Shown: positions 37,921-48,007 of the stretch, in pieces
How positions within the stretch are numbered: the first letter of the stretch is position 1
Layout: each line of letters begins with the position of its first letter
Origin: Patescibacteria group bacterium
GTDB taxonomy: Bacteria; Patescibacteriota; Minisyncoccia; Phycocordibacterales; UBA9973
NCBI GenBank assembly: GCA_040388575.1
Contig: JAZKBO010000001.1
Coordinates: 6,549 to 70,548 of the forward strand
DNA length: 64,000 nucleotides
Direction: 5' to 3'
Translations under genes and position numbers: made by a program
The notes under the pieces: model-generated
The model's input: the letters and a program-made list of their open reading frames with translations, nothing else
Databases searched by the model: none
Told to the model about the DNA's origin: nothing

Positions 37921-39258
37921 ATGTCAAAAAGAAATTTTATAATCTTAATAATAGTTCTCCTGGTGGTAATCCTTGGTGCACTTTTAGCATTTTCGTACCT
38001 GCGAACTCCAACCGCAACCACTACTACTGAAGGCAACAATTTCCTTGCCAGATTTAATCCGTTTAAAACTACTCCTGCCCCAGCGCCAGCGCCTACCCCG
38101 AGCCCCACAACCCCAGGCAGTGGGGATTTGGGAGGAGGAACAACTGCAGCTGGGAGGCTAAAGCTCATCTCCAGTGTGCCTGTAGCAGGTTATACCGTAT
38201 TTCAAAAGGAAAGGCTGAAGGAGGTGCCTACGGTGGTGCCACCAACGCCTGCTGTAGAAGGAGCAACCACCACAAAAACTTCAAAACCTGTCACCCCCGC
38301 AACTGAGTTTGCGCCAGCGCTACGCTACGTGGATCGAATTACAGGTAATATTTATCAAACTTTTGCAGATAAAATAGATGAGCGAAAATTTACCAATACT
38401 GTAATTCCAAAGGTTTATGAAGCACTATTTGGTAATAAAGGCACCACAGTAATAATGCGCTATCTCAAGACAGATGATGCAACAATTCAAACATTCGTTG
38501 GAATTCTACCAAAAGAGTTCTTAGGCGCCGACACAGGAGACAATACAGTTAAGGGAACATTCCTACCGGACAATATAACTGATTTAAGCTTATCGCCAGA
38601 CACCACTAAACTATTTTATCTATTTAATATGGGAACTAGTAATGAAATTGCAGTAGGCACCACTATGGACATATTAACTGGTAAAAAGGTTCAAGTTTTT
38701 GGAAATAATTTTACCGAGTGGCTATCGGGTTGGTCAAATAGTAAAACTATAACTCTAACAACCAAGCCTTCCGCCACGGTGCCGGGTTATATGTATAATT
38801 TAGATCCTAATACTAAGAGTTTTGGTAGAGTTTTTGGTGAAATCAATGGGTTAACGACCCTAGCTAGTCCAAATGGTAAGTTAATTCTTTATACAGACAA
38901 CACCCTTGCCTTATACCTTTATCATACTGATTCCAAAGTTTCAGATTTGCTTGGGGTAAAAACCATGCCTGAAAAGTGTGCATGGGGGGCTGCCAGCGAC
39001 ACTATATATTGTGCGGTACCTACTAATGCAACAGGTAGTAATTATCCAGACCCTTGGTACACTGGAGAAGTCTCGTTCACTGATCAGATTTGGCAGATAG
39101 ATGTGGTAGGTGGAACTACAAGTATGATTCTAGATCCAGGGCAAGAGCCTAGTGGGGAAGCTATAGATGGAATTAAGTTATCGCTGGATGATGGAGGTAA
39201 TTATCTATTTTTTGTAAATAAAAAGGACTCTTCGCTCTGGGAGTTGAATCTAAAGTAA
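37921..39258 (+). CDS. Membrane-anchored Thr/Pro-rich extracytoplasmic protein (T4SS-like cluster)
   Basis: N-terminal TM 'FIILIIVLLVVILGALLAF', then a TTTT/PAPAPTP linker. Confidence 0.5.
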   Translation: MSKRNFIILIIVLLVVILGALLAFSYLRTPTATTTTEGNNFLARFNPFKTTPAPAPAPTPSPTTPGSGDLGGGTTAAGRLKLISSVPVAGYTVFQKERLKEVPTVVPPTPAVEGATTTKTSKPVTPATEFAPALRYVDRITGNIYQTFADKIDERKFTNTVIPKVYEALFGNKGTTVIMRYLKTDDATIQTFVGILPKEFLGADTGDNTVKGTFLPDNITDLSLSPDTTKLFYLFNMGTSNEIAVGTTMDILTGKKVQVFGNNFTEWLSGWSNSKTITLTTKPSATVPGYMYNLDPNTKSFGRVFGEINGLTTLASPNGKLILYTDNTLALYLYHTDSKVSDLLGVKTMPEKCAWGAASDTIYCAVPTNATGSNYPDPWYTGEVSFTDQIWQIDVVGGTTSMILDPGQEPSGEAIDGIKLSLDDGGNYLFFVNKKDSSLWELNLK

Positions 39259-39266
39259 AGATGGGG

Positions 39267-39746
39267 TTAGATAGCACCGATGTATTTAATAATTACTCGG
39301 CGGTCCCGCCCGAAACCAGTGGACTCGGTTTTGAGGTCAGTAGCATCAGAGAGAAATTCATGGATGATGCGGCGCTCGAAGGCTGACATTGGATCAACCT
39401 CTACACTTGATTTGAAATACCGGGCGCGCTCGGCCATCATGTGGGCAACTGCACGGACATTTTCCACTCTCTTTTTTTGGAAACCATTTATATCTATAAG
39501 GAAGGATGCCTCTGGCAGAATTGCTCCATCTGTGGCGGGCGATTTAGATTCAATAATTTTACGCACGAGGTGGTTAAGGGCCAGTAGGGCCTCACCATCG
39601 CGAAGAGTAAAAAAATGCGGCTCGCTTACTTCCACACTGTACCAGGTATTAGTTGGGCCGTCTTCAGTAATAACAACATCTTTCACTGAGAGGGTTGTTT
39701 TTTCTATTAATTCCTTTATTAAATTTTGAATTTCTGCCTTTTTCAT
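39267..39746 (-). CDS. khpB: Jag/KhpB (Jag_N + KH + R3H) RNA-binding protein
   Basis: C-terminal R3H 'FERRIIHEFLSD...TESTGFGRDRRVIIKY'. Conserved position next to yidC. Confidence 0.8.
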   Translation of the reverse strand: MKKAEIQNLIKELIEKTTLSVKDVVITEDGPTNTWYSVEVSEPHFFTLRDGEALLALNHLVRKIIESKSPATDGAILPEASFLIDINGFQKKRVENVRAVAHMMAERARYFKSSVEVDPMSAFERRIIHEFLSDATDLKTESTGFGRDRRVIIKYIGAI

Positions 39747-39748
39747 AT

Positions 39749-40492
39749 CTATTTTATAACCTTTGCTTCTTCAATTAACACCGTCCTCTCTGTTTTATTC
39801 ACGTAAATTTGTTGACCTATAGCAAAAAGGTTACTAGTAATTAAATATAATGCAACCGCTCCGGAATATTTATAGGCAATGAAGACTATAAGGAGGGGGA
39901 GGATGTATTTCATTTGCATACTCATGCTTTTAGTAAGACTGGCCTGGAATGAGTCCATAGATACTCCAGTTGGGACGGGGGGCTTGGGCATAAAATGTGC
40001 TTGGAAATATTGAGACACTCCAGCGAGGATTGCTAAGACAATACTTGTTTTAGTTAGATCAACAAATCCTAGGAAAAGCATATTGACGTGCTCGGGCGCA
40101 TGAATAAAAGAATATAGCATTGAGCTATCAAAATTAATTCCTTTAATAAAAACCCGGTATAGCGCGATGAGCACAAAGATGGTCGGGATAATTACTAAGC
40201 ATCCTGAAAGGGGGTTAGTTTTATGTTTTTTATAAAGCTCAAAGGTTTGCTTGGCTTGTTCTTCTTTTGAAGCGCCACTAGCCTTTATTTTATTAAGCTC
40301 GGGCGTTAGGATGTTCATTGCCGCCTGGTTTCGGATCTGGCGCTCAGTGAGGGGAAAGAGGATGAGTTTAACGATAATAGTGAGTAAAATAACGGCAATT
40401 CCAATGTCTCCCCCTGGAATTACAGATACTAAGAAGGCCAATCCGTTGAGTAAGGGCTTATATAAAATGAGGTTCCAAAGAAAAGATAGCAT
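39749..40492 (-). CDS. yidC: Membrane protein insertase YidC (short form)
   Basis: 247 aa, 5 TM helices. 'LLTIIVKLILFPLT' and conserved synteny with rnpA/yidD. Confidence 0.85.
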   Translation of the reverse strand: MLSFLWNLILYKPLLNGLAFLVSVIPGGDIGIAVILLTIIVKLILFPLTERQIRNQAAMNILTPELNKIKASGASKEEQAKQTFELYKKHKTNPLSGCLVIIPTIFVLIALYRVFIKGINFDSSMLYSFIHAPEHVNMLFLGFVDLTKTSIVLAILAGVSQYFQAHFMPKPPVPTGVSMDSFQASLTKSMSMQMKYILPLLIVFIAYKYSGAVALYLITSNLFAIGQQIYVNKTERTVLIEEAKVIK

Positions 40493-40538
40493 TTCCTCAT
40501 TCTATATGAAAATAAGGGAAAACGCTAGAATTTAAGAA

Positions 40539-40754
40539 TTATGGGACAGGGTCAAAGTGATTTTTTTGCCAAGGGTGGCAGCGCAAGATACGAAGAAATC
40601 CCAAGGAACTTCCTTTAAGTACTCCATATTTTTTTAAAGATTGTTTAGTGTATTCCGAGCAGGTGGGATAAAATTGACATCTACCTCCAAAAACTGCCGA
40701 GATGTATTTCTGGTAAAGATCAATTAATTTTATTAAGTATAGTCTTAATTTCAT
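40539..40754 (-). CDS. yidD: Membrane protein insertion efficiency factor YidD
   Basis: 'CQFYPTCSEYTKQSLKKYG...RILRCHPW' matches the YidD Cys/His pattern. Confidence 0.8.
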   Translation of the reverse strand: MKLRLYLIKLIDLYQKYISAVFGGRCQFYPTCSEYTKQSLKKYGVLKGSSLGFLRILRCHPWQKNHFDPVP

Positions 40755-41058
40755 TTTCGATTTCGGAAATGTTGCTTTGTGGGGTTTTAAAAACTAGTGT
40801 GCCCTGGATTCCAAGAGGGAAGCGGCTTAAATACTTTTCTAGCGCTTTGTAGCCACGGCGACGCAATGAATTACGCTTTACTGCACTTCCCGCAATGCTT
40901 TTTGGAGCAATAAAGGAAATTTGTGGTTTGCTGGGGCTATTATTTAGAAGAAATTTAAAGCTTAGGTTGGTTGAATTAACAAAACGCCCTCTTTTAAAAA
41001 TTTCGTCTACAACTTTAGTATTTGCTCTGTTTTTTTTGGGAAGCATAAATTCTCCCAA
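40720..41058 (-). CDS. rnpA: RNase P protein component
   Basis: Basic, ~110 aa. 'RLKKRGYKALEKY'-type RNR-like motif ('KRNSLRRRGYKAL'). Between rpmH and yidD. The start may be the Met at 41046. Confidence 0.8.
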   Translation of the reverse strand: MGEFMLPKKNRANTKVVDEIFKRGRFVNSTNLSFKFLLNNSPSKPQISFIAPKSIAGSAVKRNSLRRRGYKALEKYLSRFPLGIQGTLVFKTPQSNISEIENEIKTILNKIN

Positions 41059-41064
41059 GGGAGA

Positions 41065-41199
41065 TTATACTGAGAGTTTGGCTCGGCCTTTTCTCCTTCG
41101 GCGTAGGAGCACTTTTTTACCAGTTTTACTTCTAGAGCGCACTAAAAACCCGTGAGAACGGGCTCTTTTTCGCTTTTTAGGTTGATATGTAAATGACAT
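41065..41199 (-). CDS. rpmH: 50S ribosomal protein L34
   Basis: Hand-translated 44 aa '[44 protein letters not shown]', below the ORF-track length cutoff. Canonical rpmH-rnpA arrangement. Confidence 0.9.
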   Translation of the reverse strand: MSFTYQPKKRKRARSHGFLVRSRSKTGKKVLLRRRRKGRAKLSV

Positions 41200-41345
41200 A
41201 TTCATAGCATACTAGAAAACTTGGTTTAAGTCAAAGAAGAAAAATGAGTAAAGAAATTGGGTTGAATACTTATCAACAGATTATCAACACGGTTAATAAG
41301 TTTTAGCAATTTGATTTTTACCGATAGGGAGTATAATGTGAAACT
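41200..41345. promoter_or_regulatory. oriC segment upstream of dnaA, with two tandem DnaA-box-like 9-mers TTATCAACA (41270-41278, 41281-41289)
   Basis: Direct reading. Divergent rpmH/dnaA intergenic region. Confidence 0.5.
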
Positions 41346-42695
41346 ATGAATGTGGAACAACTGTGGAAGAACTGTTTAGTTGAAATTGAAGGTGGACTCT
41401 CAAAAGCCAACTTCAGTACCTGGTTTAAAAACACATCTATTCTAAAGGAGGACACTGGTATAATTTACATTGGGGTGCCAAATGAGTTCGTTCGTGACTG
41501 GTTACGCAACAAATACCACAAGCTCATCACTAAAACTATTGCCGACGCTTACGAAAACATGCGTGCGGTAGAGTATATTATTACTAAAATAGAGGCTGAA
41601 AAGCATGAATTACCCCCTGGCACTAACAATGAGGTCTATGTAAACAAGGAATTACCTTTAAAAGACCTGTATATCAACCAGGAGGACAATTTAAACCCTC
41701 GTTACCACTTCAAGTCCTTTATCGTGGGTACTTTTAATGAGCTTGCGTATGCCGCATCCCAAGCTATCATCGACAGCCCTGGGACTAAGTACAATCCTTT
41801 CTTCGTTTACGGTGGCACTGGCCTCGGTAAGACTCATTTGATTCAGGCAGTTGGTAATGCAATAAAGGATAAGTATCCAAACAAGAAAGTTCATTATATG
41901 ACCTTAGAAAAGTTCGCTACCGACTTTATCAATGCCATTCAAAACAATAAAGCTAACACTTTTAAAGAAAAATACCGCAAATACGACCTCTTGATCATTG
42001 ATGATATCCAATTTATTGGGAAAATGGAGAAGATTCAGGAAGAACTTTTCCACACATTTAACACTTTTCACGAAAACAATAAGCAAATCATCTTCTCGAG
42101 TGATAAACACCCTAATTACATCCCAGAGTTAGCCGATCGGCTAAAGTCTCGATTTTCTGCGGGGATGATTGTGGATATCTCTGAGCCTGAGTATGAGTCC
42201 CGCCTAGCGATACTTAAGGTTAAGCTACGGGAGTTAAATATCGATTTAGACCCTGAAATTGTTGATTATATTGCTTCAACAGTGGATGGTAACGTGCGAG
42301 AGTTAGAGGGGAGTCTAAACACCATTGTTCTACAATATCGTTTAAAGAATAGACCCCTGCCACTTACTGAAGTAAAAAATTTACTTAAGAATAATTTACG
42401 TCCGAAGAAAAATATCGCAATAAAGGATGTAGTTAAGATCGTAAGCGGTTACTATAAGCTTGAGGAAACTTCTATTTATGAAAAAACTAGAAGGAAAGAG
42501 ATAGTTAAGGCTCGCCAAGTGGTAATGTACCTACTTCGGGAGGATTTTAATGTATCTTATCCACTTATTGGGCAAAAGATAGGTGGGAAAGATCATACAA
42601 CCGTCATCCATTCTTGTTTAAAAATAAAAACTGATCTGAAAAACGACCCACAACTTTTACAAGAATTAGAACAGATAAGAGTTATGTTTAAGTAA
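41346..42695 (+). CDS. dnaA: Chromosomal replication initiator DnaA
   Basis: Walker A 'GGTGLGKTHL', 'LLIIDDIQFI', and C-terminal HTH 'VKARQVVMYLLRE...IGQKIGGKDHTTVIH'. Confidence 0.95.
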   Translation: MNVEQLWKNCLVEIEGGLSKANFSTWFKNTSILKEDTGIIYIGVPNEFVRDWLRNKYHKLITKTIADAYENMRAVEYIITKIEAEKHELPPGTNNEVYVNKELPLKDLYINQEDNLNPRYHFKSFIVGTFNELAYAASQAIIDSPGTKYNPFFVYGGTGLGKTHLIQAVGNAIKDKYPNKKVHYMTLEKFATDFINAIQNNKANTFKEKYRKYDLLIIDDIQFIGKMEKIQEELFHTFNTFHENNKQIIFSSDKHPNYIPELADRLKSRFSAGMIVDISEPEYESRLAILKVKLRELNIDLDPEIVDYIASTVDGNVRELEGSLNTIVLQYRLKNRPLPLTEVKNLLKNNLRPKKNIAIKDVVKIVSGYYKLEETSIYEKTRRKEIVKARQVVMYLLREDFNVSYPLIGQKIGGKDHTTVIHSCLKIKTDLKNDPQLLQELEQIRVMFK

Positions 42696-42828
42696 CCTAA
42701 AGTTATCCCTGTGAAATCAAAAATTTTTAAAGCAAAAAACCTTTATAAATAAAAGTAAAACAGATTTATCCACTTACACACACACCTAATAGTACTAATA
42801 GATTAAATATATAAACTATAAACATATT
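42696..42828. promoter_or_regulatory. oriC segment between dnaA and dnaN: DnaA boxes TTATCCCTG (42704-42712) and TTATCCACT (42766-42774) flanking an AT-rich unwinding stretch
   Basis: Direct reading. Classic dnaA-dnaN intergenic origin. Confidence 0.5.
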
Positions 42829-43926
42829 ATGAAGTTGGAATGTGAAATAGAAAAAATTAAAAACGGTTTCTCTCAAGCTGAAAGAATTACAGGTAAGAAC
42901 TTAACACTACCAGTTCTAAATTCAATTCTTTTAATAGCTTCTAATAAATCACTGAAATTGAGAGCTACAAACTTGAGCCTTGGAGTTGAGATAGAAATAC
43001 CAGCTAAGATAGAAAAAGAGGGAATAGTGGCAATATCTGGGTCAGTACTTTCTGGAATTTTTTCAAATGTTGCCGAGGGAGGCACTGTAAAACTAGAAGA
43101 TAGTGATGGGAATCTAGTTGTTAAAACAAAAAAGAGTAATATAAAACTCAAAGGCCAACCCCACGATGATTTTCCCACCATCCCCACCGTGACTGGTAAA
43201 ACCATTGAAATAGAAGCTAAAAAGCTCGTAGACGGGATTAAATCCGTTTATTATAGTTCCTCACCTTCAGATATTAAGCCTGAAATTTCAAGTGTTTATA
43301 TATATACCAACGAAGATAACTTAGTGTTTGTTTCTACAGATTCTTTTCGACTTGCGGAGAAAAAAATAAAAACCAAAAAACAAGAAGAAGTTCCAGGGAT
43401 ATTAATTCCATTTAAAAATATACCCGAAATTCTAAGAATCTTCGGAGAAATTTCAGGTAATATTAAAGTTTGTTTTAATAAAAACCAAATCTCTTTTTCT
43501 GGAGAGAATATTTATCTAACATCTAGGGTAATAGATGGAATTTTTCCAGACTATCGCCAGATCGTTCCAAAAGAAAGTACTACTGAGGTTGTGCTTTTAA
43601 AACAAGATTTACTAAATGCACTAAAACTCTCGAATATTTTTTCCGATAAATTTAACCAAGTTAATTTAACTGTAAATCCAAAAGAAAAACTTTTTGAACT
43701 TTCTTCCGCCAACAACGACATCGGAGAAAACAAAACTTACTTAGACGCTGCCATAAAAGGGGAGGCTATCGAGCTTGGGTTTAATTATCGATACTTTTTA
43801 GACTGTTTTCAGTCAATCAATTCTGATAGTATCTCCATTAAACTAAACGGCGCCTCTAAACCCATACTAATATCACCAGTTGGTGACAACTCCTTTACTT
43901 ACCTCATAATGCCGATGAATAGATAA
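42829..43926 (+). CDS. dnaN: DNA polymerase III beta sliding clamp
   Basis: 365 aa with three-domain clamp architecture, directly downstream of dnaA. Confidence 0.9.
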   Translation: MKLECEIEKIKNGFSQAERITGKNLTLPVLNSILLIASNKSLKLRATNLSLGVEIEIPAKIEKEGIVAISGSVLSGIFSNVAEGGTVKLEDSDGNLVVKTKKSNIKLKGQPHDDFPTIPTVTGKTIEIEAKKLVDGIKSVYYSSSPSDIKPEISSVYIYTNEDNLVFVSTDSFRLAEKKIKTKKQEEVPGILIPFKNIPEILRIFGEISGNIKVCFNKNQISFSGENIYLTSRVIDGIFPDYRQIVPKESTTEVVLLKQDLLNALKLSNIFSDKFNQVNLTVNPKEKLFELSSANNDIGENKTYLDAAIKGEAIELGFNYRYFLDCFQSINSDSISIKLNGASKPILISPVGDNSFTYLIMPMNR

Positions 43927-43928
43927 AG

Positions 43929-44186
43929 ATGATTGAAATCAAGGATTTACTTCTTCGATTTTCCAACCTACTTCTCTCAGAAGAGATTAAAAAGGAATCC
44001 ATCCGCCAGATTATCTCCGATGCGATCGGCTCCCCAATAAGCCTCAAAGATATCAAAATAAAAACCAATACGGTTTATTTAAACATTAAACCAATATACA
44101 AAAACGAAATCCTTAGGAAGAAAGATAAAATCTCTGCCAGCCTAGAGGCTTCCCTGGGCCAGCACTTTCCAAAGAATATAAGGTAA
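43929..44186 (+). CDS. Small protein, possibly DUF721/DciA-like
   Basis: 85 aa immediately after dnaN. 'KTNTVYLNIKPIYKNEILRKKDKISASL' loosely fits the DUF721 pattern. Weak call. Confidence 0.3.
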   Translation: MIEIKDLLLRFSNLLLSEEIKKESIRQIISDAIGSPISLKDIKIKTNTVYLNIKPIYKNEILRKKDKISASLEASLGQHFPKNIR

Positions 44187-46772
44187 TTAATTTTTTACCT
44201 TAAAAGTAGAGTCAACCTCTCCGCGATTAAATGCAGAATCATAGAAAATTATTTTCAAATCATTTTCACTTTTTAAGTTATCTAATTCACTCGGAACGAA
44301 GGAAAAGTTGAATGGAGCTTGAGAGGTGCCCAGGTACACATCGTTAACAAATATCTCAATCTTCTGTAGCGGATATGGGCCAAAACTCGATATATTTAAA
44401 GATATTTTGTCATTTGGATTATATACCGTGTTCTCATTAGGCTCTATTATAGACACAGATGGACTGGAACTATTTGTGTGGACATCATCTAATGAAGTAG
44501 GTTTATCAGCCTCAGTCACAACAGGGTATTTATACTTATTTTGAGCCCACCAGTTTTGGATTGGCACTTCCCAGTGCTGGAACTGCACATTGTCTTCGGG
44601 GTTGCTTGGTGGGGGGCCAGTAATATCACTTCTATCTACCCAATATAAAATAGAATGAACATTGGTTATCACTTTTTCCTCCCTAGTTTCTTTAGGAGTG
44701 TTTTCCGTTGCTAGCTTGCCCGAAATTTTATCAATAAAGAAGTTGTCATTACCTTGCCAGTAGCCACGCAGCACTGGCTTCACTGTAGTTGGGTCCACTT
44801 CCAAGTTTGGTGCTTCAAATTGTTCATTCGGCATTATTTTAAGAGCCTCATTCATAAATTTATTCCAAATCGGGCCAGCAACCGCCGAACCTCCCTTTTT
44901 CATTGGCACATTGTCATTGTTTCCTGCCCAAACTCCAACTGCGATGGATGGTGTGTAGCCGATAGTCCACGCATCTTTATTATTATTTGTAGTTCCAGTT
45001 TTTACTGCCACGTCCTTACCAGGAATATTAAGAACTGAATTAGCGCCGAAGGTCGGGGTGCGGGCAACATTATCGGACAAAATATCGGAAATAGTTAGTG
45101 CAGTATTTTTAGGTAATACTTCCTTAGTATCAGGTGTATATTCTTCCAATAAATTTCCACTCGCGTCTTCAACTTTCAGAATTCCAGTATAAGGATTTTT
45201 TACACCACTATTTGCAAATACACTGTAAGCCGACGTCATATCAAGTAAGGATACTTCACCACCTCCGATAACCAATGTAAGGCCGTATCTACTAGTGTCG
45301 GTTAAAGTGGTGATACCCATCTCTTCTGCAGTGCGCAGAGCATCCCCGAGCCCTACTAGATAGAAAAGTTTGACCGCCGGGATGTTGATCGATTGAGCCA
45401 GCGCATCCCGTAGCTTCATTGGCCCACGGAAGAGCCCATCATAATCATCCGGCTTGTAACAGTCAGCTTGGTTGTGTCCAGGTAGAGCCTTGCCATAAGG
45501 GTCACAGGTGCTCTGAAATTCAGTTGGTAGGTCAAAGAGTACTGTATCAGGGGTAAAGCCCTTGTTGAAGGCGGTAGCGTAAATAAAGGGCTTAAAGGAA
45601 GAGCCTGGCTGACGGGATGCGGTGGCGACGTTGAAGTTACCATCTATATTTTTATCGAAATAGTCTCGTGAGCCCACCATAGTTAAGATTTGCCCAGTTT
45701 TCGGATCAATGGCAACCAGGGCTGCGTTTTTACCATTCCAATCCTTTTCATTTTGTAGGGCTCCGGCCTTAACTATCTCCTCACCCTTGCCTTGCAGGTC
45801 GGCGTCGAGGGTGGTGGTGACTTTTAAACCACCATTTTCCACCATCTCTGCGCCATATTTTTGCTCTAAGTAGTCCTTAATAAAAAATACAAAGTGAGGG
45901 GCGATAATACCTTGGGTTGCCTGCGGCATGAAGGCCACTTGTTCACTTTTAGCTTGGTCATACTCTTCTTGGCCGATAAATTTCAGGTCTAGCATTCTCT
46001 TTAGTACTAAATTTTTTCTTTCTTCTAATTTGTCTCTATTTTTTCCATACGGCGACAAAGTAGTAGGGGACTGTGGGATAGCGGCTAGATATGCAGCTTC
46101 AGCTAAAGATAAATCTACCGCCTTTTTACCAAAGTACATTTTACTCGCTTCCTCAATGCCGTAAACATTGCCTCCATAAGGTGCTTCATTCAAATAATAT
46201 TCGAGGATTTTATCTTTTGGCATGGAGCGGTCTACCTTTATTGCCAAAACCCACTCCTTGATTTTTCTAGTGTAAGTTTTCTTTTGAGTTAGGAGTGTAT
46301 TTTTGACTAATTGTTGGGTGATAGTGGAGCCGCCTTGAGTTTGACTACCACCAATTATGTTAGACAACACTGCGCGGATAATAGAGGTAACTCTGATGCC
46401 CCCGTGATTATAAAATTCCGAGTCCTCAATGGCTACAGTCGCGTTTTTAATATTCGGACTCATTTGATCGAATGTTATGTAGGTCCTGCGAATATCCTGA
46501 TGAATGTCGTATAAAAGAACATCCCCAGTGCGGTCATATATTTTTGTAGAGTTAACCACCTTACGGTTTTCAAAAGAGTGAAAGTCAGGAATTGTAAGAG
46601 AAGAAACCCAAACAGCGGCCAAACCAACGAAAATTATAAAAACCCCAGCGCAAAAGAAGAGAGCATTCTTCCAGAAGTGATTACTGCCTCTGATCTTTTT
46701 AATGATTTTAAATACCCATTTGTCGAATATTTCGCTTGTTGCCTTGAATTTTAACCATATTTCTTGAATCAT
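44187..46772 (-). CDS. Class A penicillin-binding protein (glycosyltransferase + transpeptidase) with a C-terminal extension
   Basis: GT51 motifs 'IEDSEFYNHGGI', 'GGSTITQQLVKN'. TPase 'SSFKPF' (SxxK) and 'KTGTT'. N-terminal TM anchor. Confidence 0.9.
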   Translation of the reverse strand: MIQEIWLKFKATSEIFDKWVFKIIKKIRGSNHFWKNALFFCAGVFIIFVGLAAVWVSSLTIPDFHSFENRKVVNSTKIYDRTGDVLLYDIHQDIRRTYITFDQMSPNIKNATVAIEDSEFYNHGGIRVTSIIRAVLSNIIGGSQTQGGSTITQQLVKNTLLTQKKTYTRKIKEWVLAIKVDRSMPKDKILEYYLNEAPYGGNVYGIEEASKMYFGKKAVDLSLAEAAYLAAIPQSPTTLSPYGKNRDKLEERKNLVLKRMLDLKFIGQEEYDQAKSEQVAFMPQATQGIIAPHFVFFIKDYLEQKYGAEMVENGGLKVTTTLDADLQGKGEEIVKAGALQNEKDWNGKNAALVAIDPKTGQILTMVGSRDYFDKNIDGNFNVATASRQPGSSFKPFIYATAFNKGFTPDTVLFDLPTEFQSTCDPYGKALPGHNQADCYKPDDYDGLFRGPMKLRDALAQSINIPAVKLFYLVGLGDALRTAEEMGITTLTDTSRYGLTLVIGGGEVSLLDMTSAYSVFANSGVKNPYTGILKVEDASGNLLEEYTPDTKEVLPKNTALTISDILSDNVARTPTFGANSVLNIPGKDVAVKTGTTNNNKDAWTIGYTPSIAVGVWAGNNDNVPMKKGGSAVAGPIWNKFMNEALKIMPNEQFEAPNLEVDPTTVKPVLRGYWQGNDNFFIDKISGKLATENTPKETREEKVITNVHSILYWVDRSDITGPPPSNPEDNVQFQHWEVPIQNWWAQNKYKYPVVTEADKPTSLDDVHTNSSSPSVSIIEPNENTVYNPNDKISLNISSFGPYPLQKIEIFVNDVYLGTSQAPFNFSFVPSELDNLKSENDLKIIFYDSAFNRGEVDSTFKVKN

Positions 46773-46825
46773 AGATAGAACGCTAATTATAGCAAAAAAC
46801 GAGCTTTTATGTAATAATTTCGGGT

Positions 46826-47998
46826 ATGGATAAGATAGAAGAGCTGCTAACTCGCGGAGTAGATAAAATTTACCCCTCTAAGGAGGCACTAGAGGAATTG
46901 CTGCGATCTGGTAAAAAATTAAAGTTATACCAAGGCTTTGACCCTACGGGCGACAAACTACATATAGGGCATATGGTAGGTCTACGTAAACACAGACAAT
47001 GGCAAGATCTAGGCCATGAGGTTATTTTCCTTATCGGCGATGGCACGGGTGAAGCAGGTGACCCAACCGGCAAAAAGAAAACCAGAGAAAAATTCTTCAC
47101 TAGTGAAGAGTTGCGCGCCAACGCAAAAGATTACCTTACTCAAGCTTCCAAGGTTGTACGTTTTGACGGGGCTAATCCAATTAAAATAATGTACAACGGA
47201 GAATGGTTAAATAAATTAACCAAGACCGAAATTTTAAATATTGCGGAACATTTTTCAGTACAGCAATTGATTGAGAGGGATATGTTTCAAGAACGTTTAA
47301 AGGCAGGTGAATCCATAAACCTTCGAGAATTCTTATATCCTTTACTTCAGGCTTATGACTCTGTGGTGTTGGAAGTAGACCTAGAGTTGGGGGGATCCGA
47401 CCAGACATTTAATATGTTGGCCGGACGTATGCTAGCCCGCGCGATGAAAGGCAAAGAAAAATTAGTTATGACCACCCCACTCCTTTCTGACTCTAAAGGA
47501 GTAAAAATAGGTAAAAGTGAAAATAATGTAATTGGTTTAACGGATCAAGCTCCTGACTTGTTCGGTAAAATAATGTCTCTAAGTGACGATGTTATTATCC
47601 CAATGTTTGAATATTTAACAGATGTACCGATGGCTGAGGTTAAATCCTTTAATCTTAAGAAGGATGCCATGAGCCTAAAAAAGAAAGTCGCTCATCTTAT
47701 TGTCGCACAGCTTCACGATGAAAAATCGGCCCAGGAAGCAGAAGATAACTTCAGTAACACTTTTCAAAAAGGAAAAATACCGGAAGTTATGGCTGAACTT
47801 GGGGGGAATAGTGAGAGCTTAATGGATATTTTAGTAAAAACTAAAAGTCTATCTTCTAAGAGTGAATATCGCCGCTTAGTAAAAGAAGGTGCAGTCACTG
47901 ATTTGGAATCTGATGAAAAAATATCTGACCCTGATTTTATTCCCAAAGAAGGACAAAGCTTTAAGATAGGTAAAAAAACATTTATTAAAATAATCTAA
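46826..47998 (+). CDS. tyrS: Tyrosyl-tRNA synthetase
   Basis: 'HIGH' ('LHIGHMVGL'), KMSKS-like 'KIGKS', and C-terminal S4-like domain. Confidence 0.85.
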   Translation: MDKIEELLTRGVDKIYPSKEALEELLRSGKKLKLYQGFDPTGDKLHIGHMVGLRKHRQWQDLGHEVIFLIGDGTGEAGDPTGKKKTREKFFTSEELRANAKDYLTQASKVVRFDGANPIKIMYNGEWLNKLTKTEILNIAEHFSVQQLIERDMFQERLKAGESINLREFLYPLLQAYDSVVLEVDLELGGSDQTFNMLAGRMLARAMKGKEKLVMTTPLLSDSKGVKIGKSENNVIGLTDQAPDLFGKIMSLSDDVIIPMFEYLTDVPMAEVKSFNLKKDAMSLKKKVAHLIVAQLHDEKSAQEAEDNFSNTFQKGKIPEVMAELGGNSESLMDILVKTKSLSSKSEYRRLVKEGAVTDLESDEKISDPDFIPKEGQSFKIGKKTFIKII

Positions 47999-48007
47999 CT
48001 AAACAAA

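Noticed and set aside
46773-46825. T-box riboswitch upstream of tyrS
   Set aside because: Only about 50 nt of intergenic space is available, far too short for a T-box leader, and no specifier or T-box motif is visible.
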